From positions 7,145,146-7,209,145 of the forward strand of contig CAJINV010000004.1 in NCBI GenBank assembly GCA_905178155.1: DNA of 64,000 nucleotides, in the 5' to 3' direction. Every line of letters starts with the position of its first letter. The first letter of the stretch is position 1. Of the stretch, positions 14,435 to 27,092 are shown piece after piece. Source of the stretch: Amoebophrya sp. A120. Taxonomy: Eukaryota; Protista; Dinoflagellata. Position numbers and translations under genes: made by a program. The notes under the pieces are model-generated. The model did not search any database. It worked only from the letters and a program-made list of their open reading frames with translations, and was not told the DNA's origin.

Positions 14435-14750
14435 TTTTGCGCGCGCGCGCGATTTGGCGCGATTAGCGCCTGCGTACGCGCGGCGATTACGCTTTTCAGG
14501 CGCGCGCGCCGCGAAAGGTGTGTGCGCGCCGCGAAAGGTGTGCGCGCGCCGCGAAAGGTGTGCGCGGGCTGCGTGCGAAAGGTGTGTCTCCGCGCGCCGC
14601 GAAGGGTGTGCGCGCCCGCCCTGCGCGCAGAAGGTCGGGCCCGCGCGCGCGGGCACAAACGATTCGGCCGAAAGGCGCGCGCGCGTGCGCACGCGCGCGA
14701 AAGGTCCGGCCCCCCCGCGAGCGCGCAAAAGGCTCGGCCCGCGCGCGCTT
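14435..14750. repeat. GC-rich minisatellite (CGCGCCGCGAAAGGTGTG-like units)
   Basis: Tandem degenerate copies, clearest at 14500-14620. Confidence 0.75.
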
Positions 14751-14994
14751 GGGATGCAGATGCGAAAACGTTCGTCGCCAGACCCGGAGGGACCACACTT
14801 GCCTCTTGCCGACCGGCGCCGGTCCGGCGACCGCGAGCGCGCTCCTTTCATCCTTCACCAGGAGGAGCAATGCGCTCGGTATCGGTACGGGGAGCGGAGC
14901 CGTTCTGTGCCGTAAACGTGCAGGCTGTAAGTGCAGAAAATTTCATTACAGATGTGCTAGCTGTAGCACTTCGCACGAAAGAACTCGCCTCTCC

Positions 14995-15380
14995 ACAATC
15001 CTATTTTTGATACATAAGCAAGAGTGAATGAATGATTTACCCAGAAGATCAGCACGTCATCATAACACATCAGCGCGTGTCGCTCTTGTTTTCCGTTTGA
15101 TTTCATCTTTCACGATCACGAGCCAAAATGCGTTCCAACGCGAATCTTTACAAAACGACCCTGATGTATGATTTTTACAAACCTAGTATGGGTATGATTC
15201 ATAGAACAAACTGTATCAATACTTTGACTCCACGGTCTGTTTCTCTCTCTCTTTCTCTCTTAGACACGAAGTCATTCTTAAAGATGTTTTTTTCTTTCAC
15301 GAGACCAAACGAACAATAGCAAACGTGCTTCCAAGACCAACTGCGCATTCGCATTTTCTTTTCAGAACAAGGAAACTCAT
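14995..15380. repeat. ~380-bp direct repeat, copy 1 (copy 2 at ~17165-17535)
   Basis: Shared TTGTTTTCCGTTTGATTTC...CACGATCACGA...TTTACAAAACGACCCTGATGTA...AACTGCGCATTCGCATTTTCTTTT. Confidence 0.8.
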
Positions 15381-15559
15381 CATGTCAGGATGCTCTAGTG
15401 GTACATCCATTTGTTTCTTCATATGTTCATTTTCAACAACAAAGTCAAGCAGGTCAAAGTTGTCTTGTCCGAAAGTGCTAAGTTTAATCTCATAGCATCT
15501 CCTACAGTGAATTGCTTGGCTTCGCCGGCTTGTTAGCAGTGCGGACGCACTGACGCAAG

Positions 15560-17101
15560 TCACGCATTCCGCCACAAATCCTCGACATCTGACCACTTTA
15601 ACCAAGTGACATTGTGCTTTACGCTTTCTCGCTCCATCGTCTCGCGAAAACGGGCAGTTAGTCCAGCGCGTTCGAGCTTTTCTCCGTTGGTCTTGAGATC
15701 GATGAAATCTTGTAGCGGCTGCATGATCGGCTGGAGGTCGTAGGCGATGTGCAGTTCCTGGAGCAACGCGGAGAGGTAGCGTAGAGGTTCCAGACCCCGC
15801 TGCATCCCCGAGTCCATTTCGGAGACAATCCGCGTCCGGAGTGTGTTCTCGAGGACTTTGCGTACAGCCTGCTTGCCTACCTTCCGTCGTCCCACAAAAT
15901 GCCGCACAAAATGCAGCGCGTTGCTTTCTGCATAGTAACTCGCCAAGCTCTCGCACTGCAACTCGTAGCTGAGATGCCGACGCTCAACGACAGAGAACAC
16001 CTCCGCCAACCGTCCTTCGCTCGCAACGCATTGGATGAGCAATTTGGTGTAATCGCGGTGCCAATCTTTCCTAGAATGCATCGCATCGAAAGCGAGTGTT
16101 TTTGCCACCCAATCGACGTCCATGGCAGCTTTTCCCAGTTCGAGCGCCTGCTGCAGCAGGGCGAGGTAGACTTCTCGGGAGGTGCTCATCCCGGCGGGGA
16201 CGTGGCCCCCGGCTACCTCGGGGACGAAACGACGGTGGTAGACTGCCTTTGCGACCTTGAAGCAGAACTCTTCTCGAGTCGCTAATTCAAAGCACAGTCC
16301 ACCACCTTCTTGCAGACCGTGCTTTCGCCACTCCTCTGCGCTCATCGCAACAGCTGCACGCACTAGATTCCATTGGCCCCGCGAATCTGGCCCAAGTGGC
16401 ACCGCACGAGAACTTGCAAATGCTGGCCCATCCTTGACCAGACCCGCGATCGGTAGGCAGATGCGGAGCAGGCGAACGCGGTCATCCACCGAGGACACTT
16501 CGGCGTAGACGCGGTTGTAGATGAACGCTTGCGCGTCTTCCACAGTTTCCAAACCGTTTTTAACCGCCCAAAGCGCGCGCTCTTCCCAATCCTCCAAGTC
16601 CTCTTCCTCCGTACGACGGGGATCGAAGTCGAACCCGCTGTGCGCGATTACGAATTGGCACGCAACGTCTCCGCTGAACTCTATTTCCGCACCCGGTTCA
16701 AGAAAAGCGGTCGGACCCGCATCGCTGCGATTATTCTGCTCTGCCTCAACTTGTTTTCCGTCCGCGGTGGTTTCTTCCCCAGAACCCACGTAGTCAAGAT
16801 CTGCGCCGTCGTCACGCCAACTATTGGCACCGTCTGAAAAGTCTGCCTCCACCTCATCGCGAATTTGGATCCAACGGACCAAGGAGGTCGGCGGAACCAG
16901 GTCCGTCTCAAGGTTGAGAAAGAGGGAGAGGAAGTTTGTCTTGTAGAGATCGCCCACCTTCGACACTTCGCTAGGGTCAACCGAGATCGTGTGCTCGACT
17001 CCGTTGAGGTTCCGAATCCGGATTTCCTCCGTGGATAAGCGCGCGTCGACGTCCATCGGTGGCGCACCGGAGAGCCCTGCTGAAACTCCTTCAGAGGTCA
17101 T
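15560..17101 (-). CDS. Intronless hypothetical protein (~513 aa from MTSEGV)
   Basis: Long uninterrupted ORF with globular-protein composition. No family recognised. Confidence 0.7.
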   Translation of the reverse strand: MTSEGVSAGLSGAPPMDVDARLSTEEIRIRNLNGVEHTISVDPSEVSKVGDLYKTNFLSLFLNLETDLVPPTSLVRWIQIRDEVEADFSDGANSWRDDGADLDYVGSGEETTADGKQVEAEQNNRSDAGPTAFLEPGAEIEFSGDVACQFVIAHSGFDFDPRRTEEEDLEDWEERALWAVKNGLETVEDAQAFIYNRVYAEVSSVDDRVRLLRICLPIAGLVKDGPAFASSRAVPLGPDSRGQWNLVRAAVAMSAEEWRKHGLQEGGGLCFELATREEFCFKVAKAVYHRRFVPEVAGGHVPAGMSTSREVYLALLQQALELGKAAMDVDWVAKTLAFDAMHSRKDWHRDYTKLLIQCVASEGRLAEVFSVVERRHLSYELQCESLASYYAESNALHFVRHFVGRRKVGKQAVRKVLENTLRTRIVSEMDSGMQRGLEPLRYLSALLQELHIAYDLQPIMQPLQDFIDLKTNGEKLERAGLTARFRETMERESVKHNVTWLKWSDVEDLWRNA

Positions 17102-17851
17102 TATAGAGTTCAAAATCGCTAAGAAAATCGCTGCACTTCTAACCCCGAGAAGACAACACAAAACGCTTTTTTTGATCCATAAGCACAACACATCAACGCG
17201 TGTAGCTATTGTTTTCCGTTTGATTTCCTTTTTCACGATCACGACCCAGAATGCGTTCCAGCGCGAGTCTTTACAAAACGACCCTGATGTACGAGTTTTA
17301 CAAACCTAGTATAGGCAATGATTCATTGTTAAAAGCACCAACTAAACTGTATCAATACTTTGATCCCACGGTCTGTTTCTCTCTTTCTCTCTCTCTCTCC
17401 TTCTCTCTTTATACACGAAGTCATTCTTCAAGATGTTTTTTTCTTTCACGAGACAACGACCAAACGAATAATAGCAAACGTGCTTGCTCCAACACCAACT
17501 GCGCATTCGCATTTTCTTTTTGGAACTCATCAGAAGAACTCGTCCTTCAGGGAGGTCTCATTCTCAGGGCATGTCCCTGCTCTTGACGAATTTTATTTTT
17601 CTCCGGATTGTACTTCTTTAAAGCGAAAGCGATCTACTTGCTTGCCTTCGTATCATGAGAGGACGAGCATAAGTTCCAGGATCATTCTTCCTTGTGCTGG
17701 TGATGTCTTTTTTGTGTTGCGGTTTCAATGTGACCTCTTCTTTCAGCTCCTACAACTCTTTTTGGAAGTGCTAGTGTAGGTCGGTCTTCACCACTTGCAC
17801 TTCTATCTAAGTAAAAGGTCCTTCGTCCTCGTCCTCAACCAAGTCGTCCAC

Positions 17852-20800
17852 CTATCCGCCCCAGCCCAAGCCCCAGTTGGTGATCTCCGGACTGTCTTGT
17901 CGTTTCAGCTGCGTCGATTGCTGGGCTTGTTGCGCCTGCTGTTGTCCACCGCCAGCACTTGCTGCAACAGCGGTCGCGGTCCCTGCTCCGGTGGAAATTT
18001 GGTAGTAATTCCCGTCGGAACCCAGAATGTAGGAAACAGCCTGCTGCGTCTGTTGATGGTGTGCAGCAGGAGCCCCCGGAGCTGCTGCTGCTGGTGTAGT
18101 AGCCTGCTGATGATTATACTGGGCCTGCTGCTGCTGGCCGTACTGCTGGTGGCCTCCTGTTCCAACCGGAGCTGCTGCTGCTGCTGCTGCACCCCCGTAC
18201 GCCGCACCAGCGGTCGTACCGTCTGCGTACCTATACTCCGTTTGAAGATGCGCGGATGGCTGCTGGTGTCCGCCTCCTGCGGCCGCAGTTGTACTACCGT
18301 GGTACTGAACAACCGTCTGATGTTGCTGGTGGTATCCAGTTGTACTTCCCTGTTGAGTACTATACGACGTAGCAGGAGGAGCAGCAGCTCCACTTCCCGC
18401 CTGTGCTTGTTGCTGGCCGGAGCTGGAAGTTGTTGTCGCACTACTCGTTGCTGCCGGCGCCGCCGCGGTGTAGTAGGTGCGACTCCCGTCCGGTTGTTGT
18501 ACGACATATTGGATCTGCGGTTGCTGCTGCTGCTGTGGTTGCGCCGTCTGCTGCTGTGGTTGCGACTGGTGTTGAACAACCGGGTGGTAGGTTTGGTTGC
18601 CATGGGCATCCACGTGAACCGTGTAGGACGTTGTGGTTGTAGCTGCGCCAGTTGATGTACTAGGCGCTTGCTGGTAAGACTGCTGGTTCTGCTGTTGGAC
18701 TGTTGTTGTACCATGATACTGCTCCTGGTGCTGTTGGTAAGATGAACCTCCCGGAGCTGGTGCACCAGAGCCTGCCGAGGCTTGCTGCTGCTGGTGCTGC
18801 ACACCACCTCCAGCTTGGTTCGTGCTTGTTTGATAATGGCTATTCGGCTGCTGAAACTGCCGATACTGATTTTGCGGTTGCTGCTGGTGTTGTTGTTCCC
18901 CACCGCCCTGATTATACTGCTGCCCTGCGTCGCCTGCACTGTGGCTGTACGGACCTTGCCTATAGTCGTGATCCGCATTCTTGCGGTGATGCGAAGAATA
19001 GCTGTGGCTCATCTGCTGTTGTTGACCACCCGGGCCAGGCTGCGGCTGACTCTGACTGTGGTGCGCAGCACTTGATGACGAATTCGGAAAAGTTGAGTAG
19101 GAGTTAACATTTCCAGTGGCAGAAGGATGTTGACCTCCGGTCGCCGTTGTTCCGAGCGGAATCAAGTTCGGGTTCGCAGAAGAACTACCATGATCACCTC
19201 CCTTGTCCTTTTTCCCGCCCTTGCCCCCTTTCGAGTCTTTGTCACCTCCCTTTTTTCCTTTCTTTCCGCCTTTGTTCTTCCCGCTGTCTTTGTGGTCCTT
19301 ATTCCCGCTTTTTGAAGTAGAATTGTAGTCGTAACTGTCTTTAGTACCTTGCTTACCCGAGATGGACTGCGGAGCAGGCGCGCCTGCGGCCGGGGTGAGA
19401 TGCACTGCACCCGGAGGAGGTGCTCCTATGTTGCTTGAAGAACCTTTATTGTTCGTCCCGTACGCGTCGCGCTGCTGCTGGTGGTGACCTCCACCCTGAG
19501 GACCTCCTGTCAACGAAAACGCGTTGTACGGTCCGCCTGGTGCGCTTTCGGTGCGCACAAGCTCCTGCCCGTGCGGCGATGGCACGCCCGACGTTGGCGG
19601 AGGTTGGTGCTGGCCCTTCCCTTGCTGATGCTGGTTGTACGGCTGATGCCCACTACTTCCACCTTGAGGGAAAGTAGAAGACCGACCGTATTGCGAGCTC
19701 TGTTCGACAGGTGTGGCAGAGGGCGGTGGCTGGTGACCATACTGCGAGTGATGATGTCCGCCAGCTGGCGGCGGGGCACCTCCACCTTTCCCCGTGGGAT
19801 GCTGTTGTTCATGATGCGGCTTTCCGCCCGCACCGGGAAGATGACCCTTCTGCTGGTGGGGTTGCTGGTACTGGCTTTGATGTTGCCCCCCGCCACCCTT
19901 GTGCTGCTGTTGATTCGGGTCGTACCGAATGGTTTGGTGCTGCGCCGGGGGTGGCTGAATCACCGCCCCCTTTTGCTGCTGGTGCTGCTGTCCATGATAC
20001 GGCGCACCGGCTTGTTGTTGCGGGTGGTGGCCGGGTGAAGGGTGATGTTGCGGTGGAGCAGGAGCGTTCGCACTTTGATGCGGTGGTGGCTGATGAGGTG
20101 CATAATCTTGTTGTTTTCCATGATGTTGATCCGGCTTTCCCGACGAGGACCCCCCATGCTTCCCAGCACTGTAAGAGCCATCCTTTTTTCCACCCTTCCC
20201 GCCATGCTCCTTCGCAGTGCCACCACTCCCTTTGTGCGCTTCCTGCACCGCTGCGGGCGCGCGGTAGGTTCCACCTGCGCCTTTCGGGGCTTGCTGTTGG
20301 TGCACACCAGTGCTCTTTCCACCCTTTTCCGCGGGGGGCCCCGGGGGTGGAGGAGCTCCTTTTGGCACGATGAGCTGGGCGGACTGGTGGTGCACGGGCG
20401 GTTGTTGTGGCGGAGGGTGTTGATGATGATGTCCTCCAGCTGGTGCGCCCTTCACGGCCGAGAACTGGCCATACGGCCCGCTTCCCTTTGGTGGACCTCC
20501 GGACGGCGCTGCTGGCCCCTTGATCGGCCCGTAGCCCGTGTCTTTCATGCGAAAGGTGCCGCCCATGTTGACGGATTGGGTCGTTGGTTTCCCTGCTCCA
20601 GGGGGGTGGTGTTGGTGGTTCTTGTCGTTACTTGGTGGATGATGCTGATGTCCATGTCCTCCGGTTGGCCCGAACCCGAACTGGTTGTTCTTGTTTAAAT
20701 AAACCGTGCCAGACGGTGATTTCCCGATACTATAATACCCTTTCTCCGGAACAGGAGGCGGTCCGTTCTTGTGACCACCATATTTACCTTTTCCACCATC

Positions 20801-23781
20801 GTGATACACAGTACCGTTCTTGCTGTTGACACCAGGTTTGCCTCCTTTGTAGCTGCCCTTGTTTTTGTCATAGTAGGAGCTGTTCTTGTCGCCTTTGTGA
20901 TGTGGTTGGACAACTTGATTCGCTCCCGCTCCGCCATCTTGATGATTATTCTCCCCTCCATCCACCCCTGGTGGCAGTCCCTTCCTGTTTTTCTTCTTCG
21001 TTTTCTTCTTTTTCGGACCATTTGCAGTAGCGGCACCCAAAGGCTGGTCCATTTTTGCGAACAAGTACTCCCGCTTCACGGTGAACAGGTCTTTTTGGAT
21101 GTCCTTGTCGTTGAGCCGAGTTTCATCGGGAACGCCGAGGGAAGAGAAGGAATTCTTGTTTTTCATATTGTTTTCATCGCTGTTTTTCTCCTCGTCGTCG
21201 TCTGAATTGGCTGGACTCTCCGAGGGAGATAAATTGCTATTGAACACCGCGTCAATGTTTTGCTCCAGAATTCGCGTCACCACTATGCTGTGCAAAAGTA
21301 TCGTATTCGTATAAATGCAGGTCTTGCATTACAAATTTCTTTGTCAAGGCAAATCAGCATTACAAATTTTATTTCTCATGCTGAGAAAATTTGTAATGCA
21401 TTTATACGAGTACGATACTTTTGCAGTTCATAACCACCTCCGGCTCGCAATTCAGCAGTTGCGACATCGACAAGCCGTCCAACAGTGCGCCCTCGGTCTC
21501 CCGCAGCAACTCCGGCGGAACGCCGACGTAGAGTCCGCGCTTCCGTTTCGCCAGTGCGTTTTCCAGGGTCGCGATGATCGCGTTCGGCTTGTCAATCGTC
21601 GCGGGGGTGGTCGGCGTTTTCGGTTCCTTGGCGGGCGGCGGGGGTAACGTGAGGCCCCCGTTGCCGTCGAGGCCCGGGGCTTGCCGCAGGTCGGTCACGA
21701 CGAACAACTTGGGGAAGAGAGTTAAAATCCGCTCGGGTGAGAAGAGGCATTCGAAGGCGCGCTTCAGCAAGCTTACATCCGGTTCGAGGCCGATCTCATG
21801 CACTGTTTTGATGTAGTTTTCAATTTGACAAAACAATATTTTGTTGCTGCTGATTTGTTGACTATTCGCATTTTTCTACTAGGCATTCAATTTTAGCTCT
21901 CTTCCTTAGATGTTGAACGTACAAGAATTGAGTTCTTTGTCAGTGACTGCGAGGAAAGTCGAATGGTAAAGAAAAGCATTTCTACTTTTTTTTGCCCTCG
22001 TGCTTGATTTTTGCAATTAGAATCAATTATTTCACAGTTGAAATCAATACGTTTGACTTTGTCCTCGCATCCTTCCGGTTTCCCATATTTCGACCCCTGG
22101 GGGCCCCCCGTCTTCTGCGCTTCCGACAAGCTGGCCATCTTTTTTCGGTGGCGGAGAATGCTCCGCAGCAACACTTTCAAAAAGACATCCCGGACCAAAT
22201 TTGCCCGGTCCGCGAGGGGCTGGTTGTGAAACTGCCAGTCCGCAGATCGGTTCCACTCCAAGCAGACCTCGATCAACAACTCCCGATCCCGCTCCATGCG
22301 CTGCTTGTTCACGTTTCGGTTGCGTTTTTCTTCCTCCGTCTCTGGCTTAGGTTCCCGCTTGTTCGTCGTGTGTCTCTTGTTCGTGCTGTTGTTCCCGTGA
22401 GGTTGATTGTGGTCCTGATTTTCGTCGTGGTTTTGGTTATTTTGATTTTCCTCCTGCTCCTGCTGATCCACCTGCGTGTGATCCAGCATCTCGTCCTTTT
22501 CAGGCGCCGCGGCGGGAGACGAGGTGTCGCCCGCGGAATTATTGTTGTTATGTGCGGGAGAAGAGGATTGATTTGCACCATCTTCTGCGTCGACTTCATT
22601 GGGTTGTTTCTCAACATCTTTGGTTCCACCAATAGAGGACTTCTTCCGAGGAGGACCACCAGCACTTCCTGCTGTAGCCGTTCCACCGACCCCTGCTGCA
22701 GACAATATCACCTGGTTGGTCTCGGTGAGCCGCTCCGGGTGGAGCCAGTAGGTCAACCCAGGTAGGAGTTTCCGGACTTCGTCGTCGGCCAGCAACCGAT
22801 CTGGTTGCTTCAACGGGCGCTTCCCGCTGGTAGAAGGTTCTACTCCCGCTTCGACAACGTCCAGAATCTCGTACAGACGGTCCATCTATGAATTGCAAAC
22901 ATGTCTGGGTATCATGGAAAGGTTAAGAATCTGTATTGCGTGTCCACAATTCCTGAAAAATTTGTATTGCATAAAAGCAACAAAGGCACCACAACTTCGT
23001 CATGAAGCGTCGCAGTTTGTAATGCGCACTAAGCATCAGAAAGCGCTTGAAAAATTTGTCATGCTACACTTCACTTACAGGCGCACTCAATCATGAACAT
23101 TCAGCATTACAGATTCCAAAACCCAGACATATTTGCATTTGATACCATCAACTTGTGCTTCGTCTCCTGCCGTTCCTGCAAACGCCGCGCGCGGTTTTCC
23201 TCGGTGTTTTCAGCATCAAGGTTGTTATTTCCGTCATCATCGAACTCCGAACTCGACGCCGCCGGGGCCGACCGTTTGTTGCTCGCCATCTTTTTCGCGG
23301 ACGGCTGGCCGGAAGGACGCGGTGGTCTTCCTGGACCTTCGTTTTCCCCGTCATTCGCGTTCCCCGCTGAGTCATTACTATTATGCCGATTATTTCCATC
23401 ACCCTCTTCGTCTTCCTCGTTCCCACCAACATTTTGCTCCTCGTTGGAACTGTTTTGGTTGAAAATATTATTTTCCTCGTCGTCGTCAAAGATTTCTTGC
23501 GGAGGTTCCTCCTCGTCCTGCTGGTTGTTTTCCTCGACCACAATCTCGTCACCACCGAAGTACGGCTCCTGTGATAAATATGTCGGGTTGTAATTTCAAT
23601 TTGTGATTGAAGATGCGCTACCTATAGTTATACTCCCTTGAAAATATGCATGACAAACACAAACAGCACCGCACGTGTATTGAAAACATGAATGACAAAA
23701 AGCATTTTTTTTCCATACCTCGCTTTCCTCCAAATCGCTCGGAAGATCATCCGGCGGGTTGTTCTGCTCGATCACAGACAT
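17852..23781 (-). CDS. Large multi-exon protein with Gln/Gly/His/Pro-rich low-complexity C-terminus
   Basis: ORFs 23107-23541, 21893-22885, 21402-21836 and 17852-21295 join once elements 22887-23144 and 21284-21432 are removed (EPEVV-TRILEQ). Start uncertain. Confidence 0.7.
21284..21432. mobile_element. Introner-like TIR element, family B
   Basis: TATGCTGTGCAAAAGTATCG...CGATACTTTTGCAGTTCATA, TSD ACCAC. Confidence 0.9.
22887..23144. mobile_element. Introner-like TIR element, family A
   Basis: TATGAATTGCAAACATGTCTGGG...CCCAGACATATTTGCATTTGATA, TSD CCATC. Confidence 0.88.
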
Positions 23782-26700
23782 CCTGCCGGTTGATGCCTGC
23801 CGGTTGGTGTTCTACTTGCGATCGTTGTAAAAAGTGTAGTTTTCTTCAAAAAATCTTCGCCGCGCGTACTATAATCCTCCTTCACGACGACACGAATACG
23901 CCGCTTTACGTTGGTTTTAGTGCGAAGCAATTTGCTGCTAGCTTTTTCCTTCCGGAGCTCTTTCTTGTTGTAAAAATGAACTTAATGCCCGGAGTAGTTC
24001 TTATGTGTAGTAGAAATCGAAAACAAAATCGTCCAAGCCCCGTAATGTTAACGACAGTGCTTTCTTTTGAAAACAGCTGCGTCAGTGGGGAAGTAGAGAA
24101 AAAAAAACCGCTGTAGAGGTCCTCCTCGGTCTACTGCAAGCCGTGATGCCGCGCTCGCCGAAAGAAAAGTTGCACGGTCTTCGCGAACTTCTGCCGAGGA
24201 TGCTGATGCCGAGGTCGCTAGTACTCACTGTGAGTGTGGGCCAACAAGATGTCAGAGTGGTCGCGCTGACACTTGTCTAAGGTCCATAGGTTGATGCTTC
24301 TTGTTCTCAAAAGTCGTACAGCAAGTGTTGTCTCTAGTAGATGTTGGTACTACCACTAGGATGATGAGCTCGAAAACGATATAGTCCTCGAACTTGTCTC
24401 CTCTTCTTGCTGTTTATTGAAGAGTGGTTTATGTTTGTATCCTACCTACGACAAAACAGCGCCAAAAAAAAAGCTGTTGTTGTGTTTTGGGTACTCAACA
24501 TACAAGTAAAACTCGAGCGGTGTGTGTTACGTGAAAATCGGTCGATACCTCCCCTGGAGGCACGTAGTAGTAGTTTAGGGCGATAATATAATGCCGTAAG
24601 TGCTAGTGTTTTCAAAGGGAAAAAGAAAACAATAACAAGCGTTAAAATGAATATGAAAGTGATGGCACTAAAGGTATGCTAGGGGGGTTTGCTTTATTTT
24701 TGTGGAATGCGAGCCGCGAATAGTTTCCATATCGAACTGATTCGGTGCCTATGGCGAGGCCGAACCATCGACGCTGAAATTTGATGAGACCCTGTCGAGT
24801 TTATGATGAGGTGCATGATATTGAGGCGTTGTGGTAGGTATAGGTCCGAAGTCGCCTACAACTACATAAAAATAATCGGCTTTCGGTTCTCATTGAGTTG
24901 TTCGCCTAAACGAGACGGGGCTGCGCGGTGTACGACTATGTCAAGGGAAAAAATCGATGTTGCCTATACTTTGATACGGGGTGGAATTTTTACTTCTACT
25001 TTCAAATTCAAGCGAACGACCCAACTTGCAGACTAAGTGCAAGCGGAGCTATTCATTCTCATTTTGTGGTGGACGAGTTGTATCTATTGAGGTATTTCTT
25101 TCAATTTCTTGCGCTCTGTTCCACCTCATTCGTATTTGCATAATCACGAAATAGTTCGAGCTTGATCTTCTGCTTTTCAGCACGACTTGCATTCATCTTC
25201 CCTAGCAATGCGGTTGTAAGTGCGTCCTCTACGTAAAAACATTCCCTCGATGAAGTGAGCGATGTCAATAGCTTTCTGCATGTAGCCCGCTACCAACATC
25301 ATTTATCTCCATCTTCTGATCAGATTTTTTCTTTCTCGCCGCAATGGACGTCGGAAGCCTCGAGGGCTCCTGCAAACTTGATGCAATTTGAATTTCCGTA
25401 TAACGCGAGCGCGATTGCAACAAAGTTGGTGAAAAAATTCTTTTTCGTGTGATTGAGGGCTGTATATTTACTTTTCGCTCATAGTGTACCTACTTGGCTC
25501 TAGAGGAGTTTATTCGACGCTTGCTTCATCTGTGTTCGACTTTCATTTTGATTTTCAAGGATCGCTTTCGCAAAAAAGTATGATAGTTTTGCTACTCTTC
25601 TTGATTCAGCAGTAGATTAAGATTGTTTTGTGGTGCCACAAATGAAAATCTCACTGCCTCGATGAATGATGCGATCTTCGAGGCTAAACATCGGGTAAAA
25701 GTTTTCAATGTTTTATTTTTAATGCGTGTGGTGATCGATTTGTACGCCCCATCATATGCTTGTTTTGTTCATCTTGCTATCAGTTGGCGCAGCTCTACTA
25801 CTCTAGGTGCACGTCAGGATTAGGGTATGAGATTTCGCTCATATACTAGAAATTTCATTCTGACGACCTCCAAGTGTCGGACGCGACATCCATCGTCAAG
25901 GTCAATGTCACGACGGACCATGCTACTACAACTAAAGTTTAAAAACGACCACCTGTAAATTTGTATTTGTATTGCTGGTGTGGCTGTGGGCACCATCTGT
26001 CCTAGCCAAAGAGATACTCTGTGGCTCAAGTTCAACCACACACTTTCGAGGCTGTTTGAAAAAAGTTGCTTGCTTGGTGTCACCTCGTCCTGACAGAGAC
26101 GGTGACTGACAGAAACGGGGTGCAAGATATATATATATAGTCGTACGAACGATGTTGAGGCAGTTCCAACGGTATTTGCGATATTCCAATACGTATAGAT
26201 CTTCTGGTTTCTCAGTAGTTACGAACACGACGAGCGCACGAACCTACCTTTTCGAGCAACACGTTTCTGATAGGTAAGAACCATACTGAGGAGCACCTAG
26301 AATACTAGAAGCAAGTACTTTCATCGCTGCGTGTCGTGTGTCTGTTGCACGAACAAGTAGATCGTCCATACAAACAACTTCTATACCCAACTTTTTTTCT
26401 GCAGCGAAAATTTGGCCTGGCGGTGATATCTCGCTGGCAATTTGAAAAAAATTGAATACGTCTCGACCACAACGTTGGCCGCTTAGATTTTAGATTTGGA
26501 TTTCTCGCTTGGACGATCTACTTGAGAACGTCGCTGTATTTTTGTAAAGTGGAGCTTTGTACGAAGTACGATTTCGTTGTTGACACTTGTTGTTTTATAG
26601 CATTCTGATTTATATTCCGTATACATCAAGGTGTACGTACTCGTTGATCTGAGCACACCAAAACAAGCGCAGGAGTACTACATAATCCGCTTGCAGCTTT

Positions 26701-27092
26701 GGTGGTTATCAGAAATCATGTGCGCAATGCATTCAAAAAGTCTCAGTCTTATTTCAGACAAAAGTAAGTACTGAAAAGCGGAGGAGAATTATGCTTGTCT
26801 TAAGTGACAGTGAGCGTGGACGTGGTCGTGGTGAAAAGCAGCATGGTAGGCACTACTTGGAGGTGGCTGATGGCAGCTAATCTACGAAAATTCATCTACT
26901 TTCGGTTTCGACACTTGTTGCCGTCTGCAAAAAATTGTACGGTATTCGTGACGGTAGAAAGATGAAAAGAAAAGTTTTCTAGGCAAGCGTCGGCTGCGAA
27001 CATGTTTTCCGCTCTTGCGAATTACAGTATTCCGGACGACGAGCACAAAGCGCCTGTCCACAAGGTCGACGCCGACGCCACGGCAACTAGTA

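Noticed and set aside
26015-26035. Dinoflagellate spliced-leader relic (TGGCTCAAG)
   Set aside because: Only 9 nt match and not at a gene start.
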